64,000 nucleotides of DNA from Octopus sinensis (lineage: Eukaryota), in contig NC_043005.1 in assembly GCF_006345805.1 (NCBI RefSeq), forward strand, positions 59,582,001-59,646,000, in the 5' to 3' direction. The notes beneath the pieces were generated by a model. That model was not told where the DNA came from, did no database searches, and worked only from the letters and a program-made list of their open reading frames with translations. Of this stretch, positions 53,537 to 64,000 are shown one piece after another (position 1 is the stretch's first letter; every line of letters begins with the position of its first letter). The position numbers and the translations under genes are program-made.

Positions 53537-54440
53537 AATATTTATCATTTAGTTTTAATGCTCATGTAATAATCTTTTCTGATGTACATGATTATAGAAC
53601 TTGAACGTTTTGTAACAACACAACGATTTTCCTGTGTTGTGGCCTAGCATCCATTTCATCGACAGATATGAGCACCGTGACATATTTTAATGTACCAATT
53701 CAGAATATTATTTCCTCTTAAATTCTGTATCATAAAGAAGTCGCTGTTGTATAGTTTAGCCTTGTATGTGCGGACTTACGATGAAAAGATTTCTAAACAC
53801 GATCATATCATTTTATATAGCGTATAACCGCATCATTCAATGTCTACTTGCACTTTTAAGATGAGGTGTGTGATTTTGGAGACACTGAACCGTAGAGACG
53901 CTTGATTCCTATTTAGTTTTTGACATAGAAAACGTACAGCCTCATGATATAAACGGTAGAAGCTGTGAAAACTATTCAAGTTGTCAAATTCACACATAGG
54001 TATATTTTGGAGAGGACATTTGAGTTGTCAGATTGGATCATTACATACAGTTTGATAAGTGCTGCCTTATTCTAATATATTATGGAAATTACCAATGTTA
54101 TATATGAGAATTGTGGAATATTGTTTTGAATAGTGCAGAAAACAAAATTCTGAAACTAAACTGAGATCACATTAGCTGTAGAAAGATTTGGAACGTTTTA
54201 CCAAGTGTTAGATGTCTTTAAGACGGAATAAATCATTATCAATTTCTTTATGGTAAGTTAGATTTCAGTTTTGAAGACTATTAATCACCCACACACACAC
54301 AGACACAAGCGCTTATATGTACGTATGTATGTATATAAATATAAACATGTATAATACATATATACATGTATTTTAAAATTATGTCTATCATATGCATATA
54401 TAAGTGTATACGTATATATATGTATATATATATATATATG

Positions 54441-54548
<108 letters not shown>

Positions 54549-56118
54549 CTATGTGTGTGTGTGTGTGTATATATATATACATATCTAGGCATATATATGT
54601 ACATGTATATATGGTGGTATTCATGACCGAAGAAGCATGGCTCAAACGAATAAAAGTATATGTGCGAGTGTGTGTATGTGTGTGTGTGTGAGGAGGCAGT
54701 TAGTGGTGCAAATAAACGTAATTAAACGAGATACATATAAATATACATACATGCATATACATTTGTAGATAAATAAAAAGGAATAGACATATATAAAGAG
54801 AAATGAAAACTGAAAAAAAGTATTCAGAATATAAACTTTATATGTAAGAGTATATAGATGCTTATATATATTGACAAATGAATTTACATGAAGCATAAAA
54901 TATGTAGAACGCTTAGGGGAGCGTACATAGTTTACTTTTAACTCGACAGCTGTTTCTGGGAACTTCTCATAACAAAATAGATCTAATCTTCTTCTAGACA
55001 CACACGTAGACGTAAACACACAGACGCATACACACAAACACAAACTCACACACACATGCACACAGACACACTCACACACACACACGCACACACACACACA
55101 TATAAATACATATATATAATAATATGAATAATATATAAATATATGTACATACCTATATAAATATGTATATATACATGCATTTATGGGTACACGATATCAG
55201 AGAAAAACGTTGAACACAATGAGAACATAAAACAAAAACATAAAACATACAAATCAAAAACATAGTAAACAAACTTCGAACAACGAAAAAAAAAGAGAAA
55301 CGAGACATACAACATAAAGAATATTCTCCTTCTTTAGTTGTCCTTGTTTCCTCTTCTCCGCAGTCGAAGGCAAGGACAATACGCGACTTCGTTGAAACAG
55401 TCCTTCCCGCAAAGCCAATTGTTTTAGTGCTATCTATCAAAGGTGATTGGTCACGTATACTAAAACTAATACTGGTATTAAAATGACATTTGCAACGTAA
55501 TTAATAAACTAATACCCCAGCTCATTAGATTCTTTTCTACAGTCTATACGCAAGCTGTGCTGTAGCTTTGAACGGTAGCTCATGTGGCTCATGATCATAT
55601 GATTGTGGGTTGTGTCCTTGAGCAAACCACTTCACTCTGCTCTGCTCCAAAGAATATCATGATATGACCACCAGTCGAAGCCTACCTGGATTTACGTCAT
55701 CCGTGTTCTGTTTGGTCATGTGTGCGTGTATGTGTGTGTACCCGAGAGGATGTCTATATTCGCTATGTTTCTAAGTAATCTTATATTCTGAATGGCGACT
55801 TTAGATCTTCAAGTTTTCTTTTTAATATACAGAACAAAGTTATTTGCATCTGGGGTTAGCACATGTCATATACGTCAACATGGATAACAATGGAAACATA
55901 CAAACAGTATAGAAGCAAATATTTAGACATGGTAAACACTCAGTCAATTGCTTTATACTAAAACAGCGTATTCTATTTTACTACCATGAAATGTAGAGGG
56001 GAAGAGTACAAGAAGATGTCAATGACGTTAGGGTGACGGAGGACATGAAAAATGGTCTAGAAACAAGAACCTGGCTGATTGTATGCTCGCAGAAGGAACT
56101 GGAGGGTTTCGGCAAGCC

Positions 56119-56526
56119 AATACCTATTTCTTTACTGCCCACAAGGGGCTGAACATACTAGGGATAAACAAGGACAGACAAAACGGATTAAGTCGATTAT
56201 ATCGACCCCAGTACGTAACTGGTTCTTATTTAATCTACCCCGAAAAGATGAAAGGCAAAGTCGACCTCGGCGGAATTTGAACTCTGAACGTAAAGACAGA
56301 CGAAATACCTACTTCTTTACCCACAAGGGGCTAAACACGGAGGGGACAAACAAGGACAGACAAACGGATTAAGTCGATTATATCGACCCCAGTGCGTTAC
56401 TGGTACTTAATTTATCGACCCCGGAAGGACGAAGGGCAAAGTCGACCTCGGCGGAATTTGAACTCAGGCGAAATACGGCTACGCATTTCGCCCGGCGTGC
56501 TACCGTTTCTGCCAGCTCGCCGCCTT
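56119..56526 (-). mobile_element. SINE family B: full copy plus headless tandem copy
   Basis: On minus, a full unit runs ~56526 to 56310 and a second unit restarts at GTATTTCGTCTG. Confidence 0.88.
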
Positions 56527-56574
56527 ACACACACGACATCAATAGCAACAGCAACTACAATACTGTAAGGCAAG

Positions 56575-56619
56575 TAGTAGTAGTAGTAGTAGTAGTAGGA
56601 GGAGGAGGAGGAGGAGGAG

Positions 56620-56671
<52 letters not shown>

Positions 56672-57140
56672 TATAGTAGCAGAAGTAGTAACGATGGTGG
56701 ACACGGTGGTGGTTAAGGTAGTGGTGATGGTGGTGAAAGTGGTGGTGGTAGTAGTATGTCAACCGCCTTAGTTGAAGTGTACAACGGTAGCGTTGACTAA
56801 TCTGGCTAAAATAAAGAAAATAAAACGATTTCCGTGATGATAAAAAGATGATAAAATTCACAATGATGGTGATGACAACAACGACGATGATGGTGATGAC
56901 GAAGATATTGATAATGATCTTGGTGGCGATGGTAATGATATTGTTGGTGATGATGTTGCAGGCGATGATGATGCTGGCGATGATGGTGATGCTGGGGATG
57001 ATGGCGATGATGATGATTATGATGATGATGATGGTGGTGGTGGTGATGATGATGATGATGGGGAGGAGGAGGAGGATTGCAGTGATCTTCGTGATGCCGA
57101 ACTCTGCAACGACGACGACGTCGACACCCATGACGATGTT
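56575..57140. repeat. Compound (TAG)(GAG)(GGT)(GAT) trinucleotide tract
   Basis: Direct reading; explains ORFs 56412-57259. Confidence 0.9.
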
Positions 57141-57599
57141 GAAAGGGGGGAGGAGTAACCGAGCGTGTAGGAGTAACCGAGTAGGAATGAGTTGTCTTTC
57201 TTGTTATTGTTCTTTCGCCCCAGGGCAAAGCAAATTCGGTTGAGTAGGCATATGATCAAAGAAATTAAATTCGTGACAATTTCTTCTCTTCTGGAAAAAT
57301 CTAAGATCGCATTATCTAATTACTCCTCCTCCTACTCCCACCATTCATTCATATCATTTTGTTTTTTAAGCCGGTGAGGTGTGAATTAGCCAAATATATC
57401 GATGACAACAACAATAAGGAATATGGTAATTGGTTTGAGCATAGGTACAAGGCGTGAAATTGTGGAAGAAAGTTTAATCAATACTGTGGATTTACTATTT
57501 TATTGGTACTTTTTTCAAAATTGACCCTATAACGAACAAATGCAAATGTTACCTAAGTAGGATTTGAACTCAGATCGTAAAGAAAGAGAACGATATATT

Positions 57600-57746
57600 G
57601 TCCCTTGTTGGTGTGTTTACGTCTCATAACTAAGCGTTGCTGCAAAGAAAATAAGTCCTAGTGTCAATTTGTCCGACGAAATCTATTCAAGGCGGTGCTT
57701 CAGCATAGCCAAATTTGAAGGACTGAAACAATTAAAAGATAAAAGA
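57600..57746 (+). mobile_element. SINE family A, degenerate 3' tail
   Basis: TGGTGTGTTTACGTC...AAGGCGGTGCTTCAGCAT...GACTGAAACAA. Confidence 0.6.
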
Positions 57747-59037
57747 TGGACTAGGCGGAGCAGGAGAATACACGTAGATGGAAAGGGTCGCTGAAGAGGT
57801 CACAGATGTGTAACGAAAGATTTCCAGAACATGGACATAGGATAAAGATAATATAGTAGATAATGGTTATGCCGACGACGGTGATGAAATTTTCTAGCAT
57901 CGTGGGCTGATGACATTTTAAAAGGAGAGATGCTTTAGGAGTCGCTGTATATATTGGCAGCGGCAAATGTTTTCGTAACTGTGAGTGCAAAAACCATATT
58001 TTGTAGTTGAGCTTGCTAGATATAACAGCCAGGACTTTCTCAAATCATAATTTCCCGTTTAAAAATATATACTGAACAATGAAATCCGCTTTAATATATT
58101 TCTAAAACTTTGTGGTGGTTATTGTTAGAATGTCTATGATTATAATTCTATTAAACGACGGCAAAATTAAGGACGAAATTCAGCAAGAATAATAAAGAAT
58201 ATACGTGATGAAATATAGTATGTAAATTAATGGGAGGCTTTGCTAGTGTTGTTGAAAAGTAAATTATTGCATTGACATCGTTTCTGCGTAGATAGATAAA
58301 AGACAGAATAGAATTAGAGGATTCACAGAGAAAACCGTGCCTACATTATTGAATACCTTCAGAAAATATAAATGGTACACACCACAAAAATGATTTGTGA
58401 TAATGAAAAAAATGACCATAAAACTGAGAAATGGCAGTTCCTATATAAAAGAGATATTTAGGAAAATCTCAGACGCTATTGTTAAAAGTCACAAGGGAAA
58501 ATTTGTTTTAATCTGCAAATCTGGCTTAAAAGACAACAATATAGCAGTGGAAATCAGGGAAAAGCTATTCAAATATTAATCCCTCGCAACAGAAATATCT
58601 ACAATGTGAATTGAACACATATAACAATCTTCATAATAATACCTACCTTGGGAATGATAAAAAAAGAAATACAATCAGATACATAATGAAAAAAAGCCAT
58701 CATTCGCATGTATACATGACATACAGAAAATAGCACTGAAAGATATTGTGCATATATTATGTAGGGGAATTTCAATAAAATAAAATACAGCAGAATAGAG
58801 GAACAAAGCACAGCACATGTACGTAGAGAGATGCATTACGTTACTATATTTATTAACGGCTTATTCCGAGGAGGAATAGGGCACGTGACCATTTTCAGGA
58901 CTTCCGTCGCTGGTATGCGGTTGTTATTTTCAAACCAGGAAATTTTGGTCTTAGTGCTTCCGTTAAAGTAGAGTCGGCTAAAGAAAACTAAAGGCCTGCT
59001 TATGATGGGATTCAACCAAACTCAGAATATTGGTTTC

Positions 59038-59243
59038 AAATTTTGGCACAAGGCCAGCAATTTTAGAGGAGGGAGTCGGTCGATTTCATGGACCCTTCTA
59101 CTCAACCGATACTTATTTTATCGATTCAGAAGGATAATAGGCAAAGTCGACCTAGGTGGAGTTTAAAATCAGAACGTAAAGAGCCAGAACTGCCACTGAA
59201 TATTTGGCCTGATGCAATAACGGTTCTTCCAGCTCGCCGTCTT
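59038..59243 (-). mobile_element. Degenerate family B SINE
   Basis: AGGCAAAGTCGACCTAGG...CCAGCTCGCCGTCTT. Confidence 0.65.
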
Positions 59244-59472
59244 TGAATAGTTGATGATACTGACACCATTGCACGACAGGTACATTTTTATTGACCCAGG
59301 AAGAACCAAGACAAAATCGACCTCGTCATGATTTGAACTATGGAATAAAAATAGCTCACCACCAGGTTTAATACTACGTTCTAAAACAGATTCAGACAGA
59401 AATTGGAGGATGGGATTACTCGATGAAGCTAACCCTGGTATTTTATCTCATCAGTTTCGGAATTATAAAAAA

Positions 59473-59858
59473 CTAGCTGAATGACCCAGCGTTGCTCGGG
59501 TTACTGATGTCCTTATTCAAGTTAATAAATAATAAATATAAATAGATATTTTCATAATTATTTCAAAATATCTATATTTTATTAAAAGTTGTCCAAATCG
59601 TAATGATAATAGAATTTCGAACTGAAAAATCTGTCAATCTTGATGCACGTTAGGGCAAACAATATTCCTTCTGTAATATTTTGGTGGTATCGAATTAAAC
59701 AGATTGTTACTGCTTCCAACTCACGAGCAAGCAACATAGAGCTAGCCGTGGGAGAAACCTGTAGTAGAGAGATCAAGTGTGTGTGTGTCAGTCTCACGAA
59801 AATGTATGCATACCACACATACTTCTCAGTCATCAGCCTAACGTACGTAACGAACGTA

Positions 59859-59913
<55 letters not shown>

Positions 59914-60750
59914 ATGAATATATACGTGTAGATGTGTGTGTGTGTATGTATGTGTTTGTGTGTGTGTGTGTTTGTGTTTAATTGTCTAAGGCCTAACGTA
60001 CAAAACACCACCAAGAGGTTTGTTTGACGTCCTTTTGTTTCTGATGACAACACGACTTTAGTAACAATAACCATGACAACACTAGAACAGGCACTACGTC
60101 GGTTACGACGATGACTGTTCCAGTTGATCCGATCAATGGAACAGCCTGCTCGTGAAATTAACGTGCATGTGGCTAAACTACCTTGAGGGATTGACCCTGG
60201 GATTTACTAATTGAAATGCCAAAACGTAGATTCAATGGAAACTGAAGCTTCTTTATTCAAATGGAACATCTGTAAGTAGGAATGGAATTTTTGGAATAAA
60301 GACATTTTCGCCTTTATGACTACATGTTATGATTTTTGTCTCTAACACATGGAGCACAGTATGGAGATGAACATAAGTTTTAGCCGTTAACATTTTTTGA
60401 TTGTTACGAATGTAGAGGAGACACTCATTCTCAACCTTTGCATACATATCAACCAGGTGTGGCTGAAATGGATCCCGAAACGTGTGTAATTGATTTGATT
60501 TTTCTAGTCTTAAATAACAGTTGGTAAGAACAGAAGTCGTTTGACGACACCTTTTTTGTTTGTAATTGGCTCTCCTGTTGCAGGTTCAATCTGTGGAATA
60601 TTGAAATGATACTCACCTTGTCCATTCCACAAAATAAGAAGAAACTGAAGGGCATCATAAGAAGGATGAGTCTCTGAAACACGTTTAAGGTTGTTATGCC
60701 GAGCGGGAATGAGAATATCACGATTTTCATGGGGATCACCTACCTACCAT
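59473..60750 (-). mobile_element. Internally deleted Helitron (Rep N-region fused to Pif1 C-terminus), split by an insertion
   Basis: NRDILIPARHNNLKRVSETHPSYDALQF..., MYAKVENECLLYIRNNQK, KGENVFIPKIP..TDVPFE, AFSISKSQGQSLKVV | LDLSTTGFSHG*LYVACS*VGS. Canonical 3' end CCCGAGCAACGCTGGG hairpin plus CTAG-T at 59473-76. Confidence 0.9.
59778..60176 (+). repeat. Local direct duplication of 61190-61516
   Basis: CAGTCTCACGAAAATG...GTGGCTAA present at both loci; includes the 3' end of the family D SINE. A third partial unit lies at ~60826-61011. Confidence 0.9.
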
Positions 60751-60911
60751 ATGGATGACTACTTCATTAGATGTGGGGTCCTTAAAACAACGTAAAATAT
60801 CCTTTAGTTTAGTTTACTATACGTGTAACGAACGCGGAAACACACACACACACACACATACACACACACACACACACACTCACAGACACATACACACTCA
60901 TACATATATGA

Positions 60912-60971
<60 letters not shown>

Positions 60972-61425
60972 GTGTGTACGTGTGTGTGTTTGTCTGAGGC
61001 CTAACGTATAAAAATTATCGCACATACACTCGCACAAACATTCACTCTGACATACAGTTACATGCATATACTAAGAGAGACACACACAGACATACATTCA
61101 CGCACACCTCAAGCCTATCACTGTCCCTCTGTGTGTGTGTGCGTCTCTCTCTTTAGATGCGTGTGTGTGAGTGTGTGTATGTGCGCATGTGTGTGTGTGT
61201 CAGTCTCACGAAAATGTATGCATACCACACATACTTCTCAGTCATCGGCCTTACGTACGTAACGAACGTGCAAACACACATACACATATGAATATATACG
61301 TGTAGATGTGTGTGTGTGTGCGTGTGTGTGTGTTTAATTGTCTAAGACCTAACGTACAAAACACCACCAAGAAGTTTGTTTGACGTCCTTTTGGTTCTGA
61401 TGACAACCAGCTTTGACAACACCAG

Positions 61426-61748
61426 AACAGGCACTCCGTCGGTTACGACGATGAGTGTTCCAGTTGATCCGATCAACGGAACAGATTGCTCGTGAAATTA
61501 ACGTGCATGTGGCTAAGCACTCCACAGAACCACGTAACCTTAACGTAGTTCTCAGGGAGGTCCAGCGTGACACAGGATGTGATAAGGCTGGGTTTTTCAA
61601 ATACAGGTACTACTCATTTTGTCAGGTAGGTGGAGTGTGGCAACATGAAATAAAATGTTTTGTTTAAGGATACGACGCATCACCGTGAATCGAACTCATA
61701 ACCTTACGATCAGGAGCCGAATACTCCTAACCACTAAACCCCATGCCT
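61426..61748 (-). mobile_element. tRNA-headed SINE, family D
   Basis: Minus head GGCATGGGGTTTAGTGGTTAGGAG...GAGTTCGATTCAC. Candidate TSD CATGACAACACTA at 61757-69, best preserved on the tail side in the duplicate at 60072-84. Confidence 0.8.
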
Positions 61749-62104
61749 TCACATTGCATGACAACACTAATAGTTTCTAAATTGGACACAAATCCACCAA
61801 TTTTAAGAGAAGGTTTCAGACGATAGCATCAACCGCCAGTACTAACGGGGACATCGTTTTAGCAACTCCGAATTAGAAAGAAGCGGAGTTCGAACTCAGA
61901 ATGTAAAGTCTCGGAACAAACACCGTAAGACATATTCTACAACTTCATATCGACCTTGAAACGAAAAGATGCTAATGTTACCTCGGTGACATTTGACCTG
62001 CGATCGTAAAGGAAGGGGATGACCTTTACCCCAAAGTATCCTTACGGATGCTCTAACGATTGCTTTATAATTATCCCCATTTCTGTTTTGATACGTACAT
62101 GTAT

Positions 62105-62282
62105 TCTTTTATTCTTTTATTCTTTTATTTGTTACAGTCATTTCAATGCAGCCATGCTGGAGCACCGCCTTTAGTTGAGTAAAGTCGACCTCGGCGGAAT
62201 TTGAACTCAGAACGTAGCGGCAGACGAAATACCACTAAGCATTTCACCCGGCGTGCTAACGATTCTGCCAGTTCGCCGCCTT
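62105..62282 (-). mobile_element. Chimeric SINE: family B head joined to family A tail
   Basis: 62182-62282 is a family B head and 62105-62181 is a family A tail; they join at AAAGTCGACC. Confidence 0.7.
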
Positions 62283-62404
62283 TTAATTTCTACTCATTCA
62301 ATCGACCCCAAAATGATGAAATGTATTTGAACTCCGAACGTAAACATAGACGAATCGCCGAAATGCCAGTTCACCGCATTAACCAAATTATAATAATGGT
62401 TTTT

Positions 62405-62612
62405 AAAATTTGACAAAAGGCCACCAATTTCGGAATAGTGGGTAAGCCATTAACATCGGCCTCACTGCTCCAATGGCACTTATTTCATCGAGTTCGAAAG
62501 GATGAAATGCAATGTCGAATTTGGCAGAATTTGAACTCAGAAATTAAAAGTGGACTAAATGCCGCAAAGCATAATTTTCCAGCGTGCTAACGATACTGCT
62601 TGCTCACCACCT
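62405..62612 (-). mobile_element. Degenerate family B SINE
   Basis: Reverse match including GAATTTGAACTCAG and GCGTGCTAACGAT. Confidence 0.6.
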
Positions 62613-63182
62613 GCAACAAATTTTAATGATGATAATCATGAAAATAAAAATGATGTAGAAGAAATGAAAATAAAGAATAATCGCCGTATGTTAACTAAAA
62701 GGACCTTAGTTATCATATTATATCAGTGTTCTCATCTACGCCGGCCACTTACCCAACACAATCATGACTACTGACAACGTTAGCCAATGAAATGTATCGG
62801 TATTATCATCAATACGATCAAACTGTTCTCCTATCATACCCAATATATCCGGGCCCCTCACGAATTATGCATCCACCCTCTATTCATAACTACCTAACAA
62901 ACGAACATAACAACCATTCTCCTAGTGGTGTATCTTACACTTTTCTACCTTGGTTCAGTGAACGACGTGCAATGCATAAATAAATCATACGGTCATTTAA
63001 CACGGATAAACCGGTAGCAATCAAACTGCGTCATTGGAAAGAAAAAAATATGGCGTACAATAATTTATAAAATTTGCCTCTAATTTCTTTGACGCTGTTA
63101 GACAGCAATGCCCACCACACACATATGTACATATATTATGTAAATATATAGGCACTTAAAATATTATATACATATATACATG

Positions 63183-63272
<90 letters not shown>

Positions 63273-63273
<1 letters not shown>

Positions 63274-63410
63274 TTTATTTAAAGCACCAGAAAATTCAAC
63301 AATTTTGTTGAATTTTCTGCTGCTTTAAATAAAGCATATTACTCTCCCACTGGTATTTGAGTACTCATTTTCCCACCTTGTTTCACATTTATGTGTTTAC
63401 TCCGGTATAT
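63273..63410 (+). mobile_element. PLE-type tail with terminal foldback hairpin
   Basis: 30-bp arms 63273-63302 and 63305-63334 with one mismatch; the downstream part matches 43915-44000. Flanked by (TA)n. Confidence 0.7.
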
Positions 63411-64000
63411 ATATACACTTTGGCTTTTTGCTGAATTTTTTCTTGAGAACACATTCTTCGTGGAAGATGACGATTTTGACGTCTATTTCTAGCATACAGG
63501 CTGTCTACTGTTAGTGATCAGTCCTCTAAATTTTGCATGTATAAAATTTCTACCCTTATTTAATTTTATTTATACATATATATATATATACACACACACA
63601 TATATATATCGACACACTCGCACGCATATATATGTATATATATATATATACACACGCTTATATATACACACATACATACACATGTTTGTATACGATCCGT
63701 GTATATATATATGTATTATGTATGCATATATATTTGTGTGCGTGTGTGTGTTTGCATTTATATATAAATGTGTGCGTGTGTGTGTATATATGTATGCATG
63801 TATGTGTGTTTGAGGAGGTACTGTTTCTGTGTATAAAGTGCGTGATAAATAAGAGAATGCACGCCGTGTACGCAGTCACAGGGTCAGATATATATTTGCG
63901 TCCACGTTATACAGAGAACCATGGGGCCATACATTCCATGTATATTTTTCAGCGAAATTTCCGGTTACCATCACAGACTTACAAACAATAACATACACAA

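Noticed and set aside
56412-57259. Longest ORFs (239, 140 and 131 aa)
   Set aside because: Trinucleotide low-complexity tract plus an antisense SINE frame.
57785-57830. CUGAAGA...GAAA motif; similar weak ones at ~7690, ~32810, ~43705 and ~50365
   Set aside because: At least two helices or core positions fail in each; at best decayed tails.
58270-58580. Possible RT remnant
   Set aside because: Similarity is too weak to assign.

Overview
This is 64 kb of very AT-rich, microsatellite-dense eukaryotic DNA with one 100-N assembly gap (39654-39753). The repeat families match those I recognise from octopus, so a coleoid cephalopod origin is inferred, not proven. The window is almost entirely intronic or intergenic. 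I found only one credible host exon (29285-29516, +), a probable last exon encoding a divergent GPCR-like TM7/helix-8/C-tail. Nearly all supplied ORFs are microsatellite artefacts. The rest is a transposon graveyard: five or six tRNA-headed or AAT-tailed SINE-like families, R4/Dong-type and RTE LINE remnants, Penelope-like (PLE) fragments, a Sola2-like transposon with long TIRs, a mariner end, a split Helitron and foldback elements. The most notable signals are: (i) about ten type I hammerhead-ribozyme motifs on PLE-type tails, two with a fully intact fold, clustered at 35-37 kb, including a U3-A8 core variant; (ii) a short element joining a tRNA-like Pol III head to a hammerhead-bearing tail; (iii) three 170-400 bp blocks copied from 1.1-1.6 kb downstream into older elements, one splitting a Helitron helicase at a codon-level junction; and (iv) Dong-like LINE ends stacked inside (AAT)n microsatellites. 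Everything was read by eye; no searches or folding programs were run.
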